From positions 71,486,001 to 71,550,000 of the forward strand of contig NC_083235.1 of NCBI RefSeq assembly GCF_032191835.1: 64,000 bases of DNA. The letters are read 5' to 3'. Position 1 is the stretch's first letter. The number at the start of each line of letters is the position of its first letter. Made by a program: the position numbers and the translations under genes. Below the pieces are notes generated by a model that was not told the origin of the DNA, searched no databases, and worked only from the letters and a program-made list of their open reading frames with translations. The stretch is from Heteronotia binoei. Lineage: Eukaryota. Below, piece after piece: positions 12,868-24,469 of this stretch.

Positions 12868-13650
12868 AATGAATGAATGAATGAACTTTATTACAGTCAT
12901 AGACCAATATAAAAACTATAACACATCATATAAAACCCTCCTAAAATACCTAAGATAGTATAAAATACCCTCCTAAAAAAACAAAATACAATAAAATACA
13001 TAAACATTTCCCCACCTATACAATTCAAGATAACTAAAATATAATTGAACCAATTTTAAAATTCAAGTCAGTTCCAATTTATATAAATCCTTTAAATCAG
13101 AGTATATAAAAACATTTATAAACTAAAATTCCAAGAGATCATACAAGACATGCAGTTTCTTGTTTCTTAGTATGGAACTTCACAAGATAATGGCAAAATT
13201 TGGCTATCTGTCTAGAGACAGTTGGACTTGCATCCACCAAAAGTTTCTCCAAACATGCCTCGTCCGGTGTCTGCCATTGGTTTAACTACAAACGGGGAAA
13301 CAAACCTATCCCTCTGTACCTGGTGGAAAGGGCATCGAAAAAACATATGAGTCATCGACTCCACCTCTCCCATAGCACAAGGACAGCGTCGGTCTTCATA
13401 CGGGACTTTTCTATATTTCCCTTCTAGCACCTTTGAGGGCATGGCTGCGCATCGAGCCAACGTAAAGGCTCTTCTGTGGGCTGGTACCTCCAAATAAAAA
13501 AAGTACTTGGCTGTCCTCATCATATTTGGTCTCAGTAGCTGCTAAAAAAGAGGGGGCCTGTTCTAGATCCCGTTGTCTCTCTATATCGCAGATTCTTTGT
13601 TTGATAATACTTTTTGCTTTGGCATAGCTCTGCGCCAAGAGGTTTTCAAG
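12868..13650 (-). mobile_element. Non-LTR retrotransposon 3' fragment, clade undetermined (C-terminal CPC...H..C knuckle), (TTCA)n tail
   Basis: Frameshifted ORFs 13411-13638 and 13212-13523 (RRAFTLARC...RRCPCAMGEVESMTHMFFRCPF); (GAAT)n at 12868-12885. Confidence 0.75.
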
Positions 13651-14179
13651 TGAGAATCCTATACTTCCTAAGTTGCGTCTCAGTCAGATTCACAGAAATC
13701 CTGTCAGAACGATTAATAATTGGCACCAGATGGTTTTAAAGTCAAAAACCACAAAATATTTATTAAGAAACAAAAGGCAAGGGAGAGGGATGAAAGAATA
13801 TAGATTGGAACTGTTCACTATGCAAGAGGCAAATCAGTTGGCAGCTGGTTGGCAGAATAAAACAATTACAGAGAGTACGGACTTATCAGGCTGAGGTAAA
13901 GTATAACACTATTTTGGCAGATCTTAAAAATAAACAATAACAAGGCAGGTTTCAGAGTCCACTAGACTCTACTTCACACAGACTGTCTGTGCCTTCTGGG
14001 CACTCAGAACGCTGTGACTTCAGATGTTTTACCCTAACTTTGGCAGTGCCAAATCATAAAAATAACAAACTTCAATCACTCTTCCACACACAGAGAACTC
14101 CTGACTGGTGGCAGTATTCTCTCACAGACCCTTTCACACTAGCTATCTTCCAGGACTCGCACCCCTCAATTCCAATGCT

Positions 14180-15200
14180 TCATTGCGGTGTGTCTCAGGA
14201 GCGGTACTTTCCCTGATGTTTTTCGATCTACTGATGGTCGGTCTGTGTCCTAGAAAATCTGGATCTGGCACTGCCAAGCTGTGGCAGGATGGCTTAGGTT
14301 GAGTCAACTAAGGCTGAACTTGGCAAAGACAGAGGTCCTTTGCCTGAGTTGCAGTGGTCCTGGTAGAAAAATCCCTTTACCAGCTTTTGATGGAGTGCCA
14401 CTTACAACGGCACCCAGGGTTAGAAGCCTTGGGAGTGCTACTGGAGCCTTCCCTAACAATGGTGGCCCAGATAGCGGCTACTGCCAAATCTGCCTTTTCC
14501 CACCTTGAAAGGCAGTTGGGTTCCCTTCCTCGAGCTCAGCGACTTGGCAACTGTGATCCATGCTACGGTCACCTCGAGATTGAACTGCAATGCCTTCTAC
14601 ATGGGGCTGCCCTTGTCCCAAATCCGGAAACTGCAGCTGGTATAGAATGCGGCAGCCAGGCTGCTCTGGGGGCTCTCCATGCAGGAGCACATACAGCCTG
14701 TACTAGCTGCCAGTGGTATACTGGATTTGCTACAAGGTGCTGGTTATTACTTTTAAAGCCCTATATGACCAAGGACCTACTTACCTTAGGCACAGTCTCC
14801 CCGCGTTCCCCAGAGGGTTACTTAGATTAGGAAAACAAAACTTGTTATCAATCCCTAGGCCGAGGGAGGCAAGACTGAAAACGCTAGTCTTCTCAGTTGC
14901 TGCCCTCATTGGTGGAACTAACTCCCTGAGGTCAGAGCCTTGTGGGACCTTACCCAGTTCCCCAAGGCTTTTAAGACACTGTTTCAGGTAGCGTTTAACT
15001 GAAATGTTGACCACCGAGATGCTAGATCCAATGGATGCTAAGATCGTTGAACACCATCTTAAATCTGTGTTGAAATTAGCACCAAATTATTTTAAATGCT
15101 TTTAATGTAACTGTTTTTATTTTAAGTTTTGTGTTGTGAGCCACTGTGAGCCTGCTTCGGTGGGGAGGGTAGGATATAAATCCAGTAAAGTAAATAAATA
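14180..15200 (+). mobile_element. L2 LINE 3' portion, frameshifted
   Basis: Peptides WLRLSQLRLNLAKTEVL, GVLLEPSLTMVAQI, YKVLVITFKALY; ends in gggtaggatataaat...aaataaata. Confidence 0.88.
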
Positions 15201-15214
15201 CATTTGCATTTCAG

Positions 15215-15299
15215 ACTTTGAAGATGTGATAAGTACTGTGCACTACTTAATGGAGAAGAGTCCACATGCTCAGTTCTGGACTACTTATCAAGTTAGAAG
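15215..15299 (+). CDS. METTL23: METTL23 coding exon 4 (DFEDVISTVHYLMEKSPHAQFWTTYQVR)
   Basis: tttcag| acceptor, AG|gtaatt donor; 85 nt; frame maintained. Confidence 0.95.
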
Positions 15300-15719
15300 G
15301 TAATTATGGGATATTTTCCACTTCTTGAAACTTGTTTCAATCACATGAACACATTACCTTACAGAGTTGGATAATTGGCCTATCAATACTGTCTCTTACA
15401 ACTGGTAGCAGCTCAGATAGGTATTTCCCACCTCCTGCTGTTCCCCTGGGGTGGACATCCTGGGGGCTGAACATAAAATCTTTTGTATGCCATATGGATA
15501 ATATCTGTTATCAGTACAATTTTCTCCATACCTGATGCTGCTTACCACAATTTTTTTTTTCTTCTTAGCGTAACAGAAGTGTGGTCATAGAATTTATATT
15601 TAAGTGTTAGAAGCCAGTCTAAAGCACAGGCTTGCTTCACCTGTAGCCAGGTTTTGACTGACAAAACCCAAAAACTTACAAGTACCTCTCTACTGTAAAA
15701 AAAAAAATCTTCTTTTCAG

Positions 15720-15879
15720 TGTTGACTGGTCTGTCCAAGGATTACTCCACAAATGGGAAATGGAAAGCATCTATGTGCCCTTACAGTCATTTGAAGCGAA
15801 CAAGGAACAACTTGCAGATTCTCCTCTTCCAGGAAGACACACTATTGAAATGATGGTTATCACTAAAGTGACTATGTAA
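15720..15879 (+). CDS. METTL23: METTL23 last coding exon (SVDWSVQGLLHKWEM...LPGRHTIEMMVITKVTM*)
   Basis: ttttcag| acceptor; TAA stop at 15877-15879; total CDS 699 nt = 232 aa. Confidence 0.95.
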
Positions 15880-15962
15880 CAGTTTGAATACTACCTTAAC
15901 TTTTCCAAGATTATGAATACCATGTGTTTGTTTGTTTGTTTGCTTTCTGCTGAAAGGCTCAT

Positions 15963-15968
15963 ATTAAA
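15963..15968 (+). terminator. Candidate METTL23 polyadenylation signal (ATTAAA)
   Basis: First hexamer variant after the stop codon; position only, no transcript data. Confidence 0.4.
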
Positions 15969-16352
15969 ACTACCTCGTGCAAAGGGGAAGATTCTTACCT
16001 GCTTATGAAGTATTAGTTTGTTTTTTCACAGCTGAAAGTTTTACAACTTTCACGAATTCTCTCAAATGTTGACTAGTCTCTGTTCTACCCTACCATAATG
16101 TGAAATCTGTGCACAAAGTATATTCATTCAAAACCATTTAGAAGTGCCACCTGGCTGTTTTAATTTTCCATTTATCTTTACTCAATGACAAAAAAAACTC
16201 GCCTTAAAGAATTAGGCCACTGTGATTGACTTCGCAAAGATGCAGGATGGGTTCATTAAAAGACTGCTGTTCTGAAGTGGAAACTAAGACACCACGCACA
16301 GAAAGTTGATGCGGGACATTGAAATTCAAAAACTGAACACCAAGAAAGTGTT

Positions 16353-16358
16353 TTTATT
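16353..16358 (-). terminator. SRSF2: SRSF2 distal polyadenylation signal (AATAAA)
   Basis: Minus strand reads ctgtagttAATAAAaacactttcttggtgtt, resembling the recalled mammalian SRSF2 3' end. Confidence 0.75.
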
Positions 16359-16506
16359 AACTACAGACAGTGGTTATATTACAGAATGTTTTAAGATACA
16401 CCAAACTGGTACTTACAGAGGAATGAATCAAATGCTTTAGCGTTAACATTTTTATATGCAAGTTCACATATGTAGATGGTCTAATTTACCATTCTGGAAA
16501 AAATAA

Positions 16507-16797
16507 NNNNNNNNNNNNNNNNNNNNNNNNNNNNNNNNNNNNNNNNNNNNNNNNNNNNNNNNNNNNNNNNNNNNNNNNNNNNNNNNNNNNNNNNNNNNNN
16601 NNNNNNNNNNNNNNNNNNNNNNNNNNNNNNNNNNNNNNNNNNNNNNNNNNNNNNNNNNNNNNNNNNNNNNNNNNNNNNNNNNNNNNNNNNNNNNNNNNNN
16701 NNNNNNNNNNNNNNNNNNNNNNNNNNNNNNNNNNNNNNNNNNNNNNNNNNNNNNNNNNNNNNNNNNNNNNNNNNNNNNNNNNNNNNNNNNNNNNNNN
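16507..16797. other. Assembly gap (291 N) in the SRSF2 3'UTR
   Basis: N run. Confidence 0.99.
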
Positions 16798-17204
16798 CAA
16801 ATCTTTCAAAATAACCTGTAAAGTTTAATGTTTGACTTGAAGACACTATTTTCAACTGAATCTGTAAAATACACCTGAATTAAAAAGTTTCAGAATTTGA
16901 GAAAAGGCAAAAATTGAACATTGGGACAGCATTAAGCTAATCAGCATATTATAGCTGCATGGTTGCTTAATATTAAAAACTTGAGGCAGCAAGTTAGTAA
17001 TTTATTTGCAAACAAATCAGCACTATATGAACAAAAATGAAGTTTTACCTCAAATATCCAAGTCAATAATGAAATCTGTAGTCGTTCACTTCACTAAATT
17101 ACAAGAAATTTGAATAATAGGAACAAAATGGCACATAAAAGTAAAAGTCTGCCATTTGAGGCTCAAAGTAAAGAAAGAAGTTAGACAAAGTGTTACAAAA
17201 TAAC

Positions 17205-17318
17205 CTTTTCAATGGCTGGTTACTTGTGCCAAGGGTCTCTCCAATGGACTGGTGATTCTTACGATCATTTCTCCTCCAAAGACATCCTTTATGCAGATTT
17301 TTCATCTATTTGATGCAT
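17205..17318 (-). other. SRSF2: SRSF2 3'UTR exon segment between the intron-2 acceptor and the donor of the regulated terminal intron
   Basis: ttttcaaatctag|ATGCATC acceptor at 17319-17320; GAAAAG|gttattttgtaac donor at 17204; both resemble recalled human SRSF2 junctions. Confidence 0.8.
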
Positions 17319-17850
17319 CTAGATTTGAAAAGGGAATAGTTCAGCCAGGGCACGTCTTGCATTTCTTCAATACTTAATGGCTGCTTTTAGATACCTAGCA
17401 GTACTGGCCTTGTCTACTTTCACCAAATTTTATAGAAATTGTACATGTCCCACCTCCCCACTGTCACAGTGGTACTATTATAGAGGTCATGAGATTTTTG
17501 GAGATACAGCTGAGTCTCCACTAATCACATTATAGTGTCAGGCTATGATCCAACCACCCCTTATCCTGAATCCAGCCTGGTACAGATTAGATTACACATT
17601 AGCTCTTATTCAAAACTTGTTACAGTCCTTAGTAGCTGCGCAATCTTTAAGAATTCTAGGCCCCCTTCCTTTGAAAAAAACAGGACCAAACAATTTGAGG
17701 GAGGTTAAAGACACACTATCCATTTTCCCCACCCTGTATATCCTTAAAAGCCCACAATTGCACTCGTGAAGGTAACTGGCTTCCATAATCATTGCGTTCC
17801 GGCTTCCACGCTATTTGTCGCTGCTGAAAAGGGCAACCACAGGACTTTAA

Positions 17851-17982
17851 NNNNNNNNNNNNNNNNNNNNNNNNNNNNNNNNNNNNNNNNNNNNNNNNNN
17901 NNNNNNNNNNNNNNNNNNNNNNNNNNNNNNNNNNNNNNNNNNNNNNNNNNNNNNNNNNNNNNNNNNNNNNNNNNNNNNNNNN
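17851..17982. other. Assembly gap (132 N) over the SRSF2 poison exon
   Basis: N run. Confidence 0.99.
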
Positions 17983-18045
17983 CTGCAGCTTTAAAGGGGA
18001 AAATGCAGATGTTGGGTAAGAACAGTAAGCAATAGTCATTTTCAG
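17983..18045 (-). promoter_or_regulatory. SRSF2: Acceptor and first 6 nt of the SRSF2 poison (NMD) cassette exon; the rest falls in the N-gap
   Basis: Minus strand gaaaatgactatt...catctgcattttcccctttaaag|CTGCAG (AG at 17990-17989) closely resembles the recalled human cassette-exon acceptor. Confidence 0.75.
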
Positions 18046-18292
18046 AAATAGGTTGTGACTAAAACAATTATTTAAAAAGCAAGCTATTAATTGTAACAAA
18101 AGACAAAGTAACCTTGGCAAAAATCCCTTTGAAAATTTATTTTAGTAGCCATAAACTAAACACCCTCTTGAGAAGTTAACCAAATACCCCATTTACTTGC
18201 TCTAGCATACTATATGGTGGATTCAGTATCCGCTTAACCTAATACAACAAAGCATGCAAGTGTAGCAGATGCTCAACCACATTACCATTTTC

Positions 18293-18596
18293 CTAGGATG
18301 ACACCGCTCCTTCCTCTTCTGGAGACTTAGGGGGGCTCTTTGAACGAGATCTGGACTTGGATTCTCTCTTTGAGACAGGAGGGGGGCTTCTCGATCTCGA
18401 CCGGGATCTCGACCGGGAACGAGATCTCGACACAGACGACGACTTAGACTTCGACCTCCTGGCTGACCTGGACTTGGAGGTGGAACGAGACCGGGACCGT
18501 GTGCGGGACCTGGACTTGGAGCGACTGTAGCGGGACCTGCTACGGGATCTGGATCGGCTCCTGCTTCGAGATCGACTCCGGCGCCGCCTTCTAGGG
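18293..18596 (-). CDS. SRSF2: SRSF2 coding exon 2 (RS domain ... [10 protein letters not shown])
   Basis: ctgcag|C acceptor; TAG at 18295-18293; GAAAATG|gtaatg 3'UTR donor 7 nt after the stop. Confidence 0.98.
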
Positions 18597-18879
18597 CTGC
18601 AGGGAGAGAGAGGGGGGGGAAAAAAAGACGAATTAAAAAACAAACAAACATCAAACCAGAACCTGAGCTTGCGTTTGGGACATTCAATTTAGGGATTTAA
18701 ATAAGTGAAAGGCCAGTTGTGGATCCAACCCCCTCCACCCACCCCCCGCCTACAGCACGTGGCCTTCCTTTCCCGCCAACCTCCCCATTTGGAAACAAAG
18801 CTCCCCCCCAATCTCTGCACAGCTCCCCCTCCTCTCCCTTTGCAGCTTTCCGGCCTTCCTTCTAACCCAAGCCCTCCTC

Positions 18880-20300
18880 TCCGCCACTCAAGGCGCCTTT
18901 AGGCCTCGGCTTCCCTCTCAACCCCCCGCGGCTGCCCTACCTCCTGCTGCGGCGCCCGTAGCCTCCGCTTCCGTAGCGGCGCGGCGGGGGCCCGCGGCGG
19001 CTGTGGTGTGAGTCGGGCGGCCTGCCGTAGCGGGCCATCTGCACGCGCAGCTCGCGCCCGTCGAGCACGGCCCCGTCCATGGCGTCCATGGCGTCCTCGG
19101 CGTCGCGCTTGTCGTGGAAGCGGACGAAGGCGAAGCCGCGGCTCTCCTTGGTGTAGCGGTCCCGGGGGATGTAGACGTCGCCCACGCGGCCGTACTTCTC
19201 GAAGACGCGGCGCAGGGTGTCCGGGGAGGTGCGGTACGTGAGGTTGTCCACCTTCAGCGAGGTCATGCCTTCCACGTCCGGCGGCGGCCGCCCGTAACTC
19301 ATAGTGGAAGCCGGGATGGAGGAGGAGGACGGGGGGCCCGCGGCGGAGCCACGAGAGGGAAGGGCGCGCGGAACTCCGTCGCCAGGCGCGCTTCGCAGGA
19401 CGAGGCCACCACCTCCGACGGCCGCCACGAGCAAGTGGACGAGGCGCCGCCCTGCCCCGACTACTTAAGCGGCACAAAATGGCGCCCGCCGACCCGGAAG
19501 TGACTCACGGGGACCCGCCCTCTCCCCGCCGAAACACCTTAATCCGTGGGGGAAACAGTTCTCCTTTTCGTGAGAACGGCCGTTACGAAACGGCGCCGCT
19601 AACGGCCGTCTCGCCTCTGCCTCTCCGAAATAAATTTTTGTTTGGTTCTATCTTGCCTATTTGAAAGAACCCCGGAAGAGATTCGTCTCCGCTCCACACG
19701 GGGTTTTGAAAAGAGACCCGTTTCGTTTCAAAGGTCACCCAAGACTAGTTTTTAATGTTTCATTGTCGCTTAAGGAAGGGAGGAGAGGTTTGTTCCGAAA
19801 AGCGCGGCGTGACGTGAAACCGAAGAAGCGCAAACGCGGCGTTTCCAAAATGGCCACAGAGGCCCAGCGGGGGGGGGGGGGGAGGAGAGAACCCCGAGGA
19901 CGAGGGGGCGGGGCGCCCTGCACGCGTGACGGAAGCACGTTGCGTGCGTGAAAGGGCGCCAGGCCTGGCGGCAGGATCCTCTCGATGCCGCATGGTGGCG
20001 GTGTGGGGCGCCCCTCTCGTCGCCTTCCGGGTTGAGGAAGGAGTCCCGCGGGCCGAGGAGCCTTGCGCTGCTGGGGGGGTTGCAATAAAAGCTGTTTGTG
20101 GGGCCGAAACGTTGCAGGTTTCGCGCTTTCGTCTGAACTTGTCGAAAAGATCGAAAGGATGCTCCGCAGCCCTTTGCACTGGCCCCAAGGGAAGCGCCGC
20201 TGAACTCGATGCGACTGAGTTCCGCGCAGAAAAAAAGCAATTGTGCTGTGTTGCACAGTGCAAAAACGAGACAAAAGCAATGCAGTCCCTTAATCCGAAA
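18880..20300. promoter_or_regulatory. CpG island / SRSF2-MFSD11 bidirectional promoter; YY1-type CAAAATGGCG (19475-19484), ETS CCGGAAGT (19494-19501), second CAAAATGGCC near 19845
   Basis: CpG-dense region between divergent genes; motifs read directly. Confidence 0.8.
18941..19302 (-). CDS. SRSF2: SRSF2 coding exon 1 (RRM; [21 protein letters not shown]...)
   Basis: ATG at 19302; 362 nt; AG|gtaggg donor; total CDS 666 nt = 221 aa. Confidence 0.99.
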
Positions 20301-20386
20301 CAAACTGACACAGAACAGGCACTGGATAATGTATTTGTGAAATAGGAGTGTGCAGAAGCAGTTGGTCTTTCTTTCTTTCTTTCTGC

Positions 20387-21175
20387 AGAGCCAGTTTGGT
20401 GTAGTGGTTAAGTGTGCGGACTCTTATCTGGGAGAAGCGGGTTTGATTCCCCACTCCTTCACTTGCACCTGCTGGAATGGCCTTGGGTCAGCCATAGCTC
20501 TGGCAGAGGTTGTCCTTGAAAGGGCAGCTGCTGTGAGAGCCCTCTCCAGCCCCACCCACCTCCCAGGGTGTCTGTTGTGGGGGAGGAAGGGAAAGGAGAT
20601 TGTAGGCCGCTCTGAGCCTCTGCGCTTAAAAGGGCAGCTGCTGTGAGAGCCCTCTCAGCCCCACCCACCTCCCAGGGTGTCTGTTGTGGGGGAGGAAGGG
20701 AAAGGAGGTTGTAGGCCGCTCTGAGTCTCTGTCCTTGAAAGGGCAGCTGCTGTGAGAGCCTTTTCAGCCCCACCCACTTCCCAGGGTGTCTGTTGTGGGG
20801 GAGGAAGGGAAAGGAGATTGTGAGCCGCTCTGAGAGGATGGGATAGAAATCCAATATCTTCTTATCTGGGAGAACCCGGTTTGATTCCCCACTCCTTCAC
20901 TTGCACCTGCTAGCATGGCCTTGGGTCAGCCATAGCTCTGGCAGAGGTTGCCCTTGAAAGGGTAGCTGCTGGGAGAGCCCTCTCAGCCCCATCCACCTCA
21001 CAGGGTGTCTGTTGTGGGGGAGGAAGGGAATGGAGATTGTAGGCCGCTTTGTCCTTGAAAGGGCAGCTGCTGGGAGAGCCCTCTCGGACTCACCCACCTC
21101 ACAGGGTGTCTGTTGTGGGGGAGGAAGGGAAAGGAGACTGTGAGCCACTCAGACTCTTCTGAGTGGAGGGCGGGA
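20387..21175 (+). mobile_element. Compound Squam3-like SINE array: two heads, with the ~100-110 bp 3' module repeated 3x and 2x; runs into an N-gap
   Basis: Module starts near 20516, 20626, 20735, 20954 and 21055; heads at 20387 and ~20857. Confidence 0.88.
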
Positions 21176-21434
21176 NNNNNNNNNNNNNNNNNNNNNNNNN
21201 NNNNNNNNNNNNNNNNNNNNNNNNNNNNNNNNNNNNNNNNNNNNNNNNNNNNNNNNNNNNNNNNNNNNNNNNNNNNNNNNNNNNNNNNNNNNNNNNNNNN
21301 NNNNNNNNNNNNNNNNNNNNNNNNNNNNNNNNNNNNNNNNNNNNNNNNNNNNNNNNNNNNNNNNNNNNNNNNNNNNNNNNNNNNNNNNNNNNNNNNNNNN
21401 NNNNNNNNNNNNNNNNNNNNNNNNNNNNNNNNNN
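21176..21434. other. Assembly gap (259 N) at the end of the SINE array
   Basis: N run. Confidence 0.99.
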
Positions 21435-23197
21435 GCAGCTTCATGCATGCATATACAAATACATGATGTACAACAACCCTGTGTGGTAGGTTAGGCTGAG
21501 AAGACGCCCAGCCCAAGATCATTCAGTGAACTTCCATGAAAGAGTGGTGATTCAAAGCTGAGATCTTAATCTGACACTGAGCACTATACCATGCTGGCTC
21601 ACCCTTTAAATCCACAGGTAGTGGGCATGCTATATGCAGCTTCTGAAAATCAGGATAACTAGGTAGTTTATAATTTCAGATACAATCACTGACAGGAATT
21701 CAGAAGTCTGATAAATATAGTCTGGAATAAAATATATATAATAGTCTAGATAAATATAGCCTGGAATAAAATATATTAAAATTGTACCTGCTGATCCTAT
21801 GCCCAATTTACTGGGAGTGAGTCTCATTAAGCAAAGTGTAATTGATTTGTGGTGATCCATGCTCTGATCTCATCTGGGTTAAATGACTGCAATGCACTTT
21901 ATATGGGATTACCTTTGAAAAGTGCTTGGAAACTTCCGTTGTCTAAAATGTGGCAGGGGCTGGATTCAGGGATCATCCATCCATATAAGATAATTGATTT
22001 CAGTGGACAGACTGCAGTAAGGCTTCATAGGACTGCGCTGTAATACTTGAGACAGAAATATATATTGATTTGGAAATAGTGCATCTTGCTGTTAAATTGG
22101 TGAAAGAAGTTTAGGTTTTGATAGGAAAATAAGTATGGCATTGATTTCCAGTTTTCCTCCAAATTTCTGCTGCTTCTGTGACTTCAGAATTTCCAGAAAT
22201 TGTATGTCTAAGTCGGCTTTAAGGTATTTCAAAGATGGTCTCCATTCATATAAATGTACCCAAGGCTTGATGTCAGATGGCGATGCACTAAATGGAGAGC
22301 CTTCATTAAGGTGGATGGGTGTTTGTGACAGTGCTTTTTTATCCATAGCTTTCTAGATATGTTCTGAAAGGTCTTTGAAATCATTTGGTGGTCTGTATTT
22401 TAAAAACATTTAAGAACAGCTGCTTTTTAATGTTGGAATACTCCGTCACATCTTAAAATCCCTGCATACAGAAAAATAGTGCGTCAGGAAAAGTTTTTTA
22501 TATGGAGGAACATTCGCGTATGACATTTTCTATCTGCATTCTGAAATGATAATATTCCAGAATTCCACAGCACATGATTTGCCTGTAGATAAGCCTTAGG
22601 TCCTTTGAGCTGTCCCTTAGTAACAAACGTGGACCCCCCAATTTAGAACAGTGGTTAATGAAGCAAAACCTTGTGCAAATGCCATAAATAGAGTTTTCCA
22701 CAATGGGGGGCATATTCCTGAAGTGATACAAGCCTAAGAGGTTCCCATAATTCTTTATGGTTCAGCTATTTGGATTAAAGCTATCACTGATAATATCGAA
22801 CAACCACTAGCCCAGTTCTTAAGGAAAATATCGAATATTCCCTGCTGTGTGTCAAAATTGTATTACGATCAGAATTTGGACAGATATCCTTGGAAGCAAG
22901 AGCATAGCTTTTTGCCTTCAAAATGAGATTAAAACAGCTCTTTGCTGAAGATGGTTTGTTAGCTGCTTTAAATCGGGATGCCCACAGATCAACTTGGGTG
23001 AAAGCCCTGGATGAGAAACTGATGAAAGTTAGAATGCCAATTTATGGTATTTTTGAGATGGGCAGAACACAAAGCATTTTTGTTGATCAAAAAGCAAGTC
23101 CTCGAAATTGACCATGGTAGTATAAACCTGAGAGGCCACAGAGTGTACTCACCTCTATTTTTTTGGTCTTTCTTACCAAAAATCTTTACCCCTCTAT

Positions 23198-23708
23198 TAG
23201 AGTTGCCAAGTCCAATTCAAGAAATATCTGGGGACTTTGGAGGTGGAGCCAGGAGACATTAGGGGTGGAGCCAAGATCAAGGCTGTGACAAGCATAATTG
23301 GACTCCAAAGGGTGTTCTGGCCCTCACATTTAAAGGGACATCACACCTTTTCAATTCCTTCCTTCCATAGGAAATAATGAAGAATAGGGGCACCTTCTTT
23401 TGGGGCTCATAGAATTGGACCCCCTGGTCCAATATTTTTGAAACTTGGGGGGTATTTTGGGGAGATGCACTAGATGCTGTACTGAAAATTTGGTGCCTCT
23501 ACCCCAAAAAACAGCCCCCCCCCCAGAGCCGCAGTTACTCGCGGATCAAGTCTCCATGATTTTCTATGGGAATAAATCTTCATAGGGAATAATAGAATTC
23601 CCAGCAAACATTTACCTCCCCTCCCCCCGCTTTCTGATGACCCTGAAGCGGGGGGAGGGCCTCCAAACCCAGGGATCCCCTGCCCCCACCTGGGGATTGG
23701 CAACCCTA
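23198..23708. mobile_element. hAT-type MITE (TAGGGTTGCCAA family), uninterrupted copy
   Basis: TIRs TAGAGTTGCCAA / TTGGCAACCCTA; perfect 8-bp TSD CCCTCTAT. Confidence 0.92.
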
Positions 23709-23780
23709 CCCTCTATATGTACTATCTTACCATCCTACATTATTGCAGAGCTTTTTTGTTTGCAAGATTGAACATTATAC

Positions 23781-24057
23781 AAGAAGAAGATATTGGATTT
23801 ATATCCCGCCCTCCACTCCGAAGAGTCTCAGAGCAGCTCACAATCTCTTTTACCTTCTTCCCCCACAACAGACACCCTGTGAGGTGGGTGGGGCTGGAGA
23901 GGGCTCTCACAGCAGCTGCCCTTTCAAGGACAACCTCTGCCAGAGCTATGGCTGACCCAAGGCCATTCAAGCAGGTGCAAGTGGAGGAGTGGGGAATCAA
24001 ACCCGGTTCTCCCAGATAAGAGTCCGCACACTTAACCACTACACCAAACTGGCTCTC
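23781..24057 (-). mobile_element. Squam3-like SINE, full length
   Basis: tRNA-like head GAGAGCCAGTTTGGTGTAGTGG and (TTC)n tail; near-identical to 46372-46643 and 63063-63344. Confidence 0.9.
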
Positions 24058-24469
24058 TACACTGATAGAATCTGCCCTTGTGGCCTTAACAGGATTGATA
24101 CATCCTTTAATGCTTTGCTAGAATGCAGATTTTTGAGATTATGAGGGATTACTATATTAAGCCTTTATTCAACCAATTTCTCCTTGTACTCTGGAAACCC
24201 TAGCTCTTTTGCTCAGTTACATGGATCCTAAGATCACTCTAGCAATCGCAAAATTTGTCTCAGTCCTTTTAGCCCTTGCATCAAAAAAACCAAGAAATAA
24301 GTGTCTTCTGCTGCTCAAGATTTCTGAATCAATGAGCTTCTAAAGGTACAAAGGGAAAAGGAAAGTAACAGACACCCTAACTGTATACTCCTAGTAGAGC
24401 TGGAAGAAATCTCTCAGAAACAGGTGATCCCACACAGCGAATCACTGTCAGTTCTAAATTGAAGAAGAA

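Larger units (their letters stand above)
22000..24300 (+). mobile_element. Highly decayed LINE related to the 12868-13650 element, interrupted by a MITE and a SINE
   Basis: Peptide remnants AFLLIKKQVLEID, DRICPCG and LLLSYMDPKITLAIAKF parallel those of the 12.9-13.6 kb copy; boundaries approximate. Confidence 0.5.

Noticed and set aside
18880-18990. Possible miRNA hairpin at the SRSF2 exon 1/intron 1 boundary (human MIR636 region)
   Set aside because: No clear hairpin or recognisable mature sequence in this intron
19479-20345. Several 130-180 aa ORFs in the SRSF2/MFSD11 promoter
   Set aside because: Overlapping on both strands in a CpG island, low complexity, no homology evident
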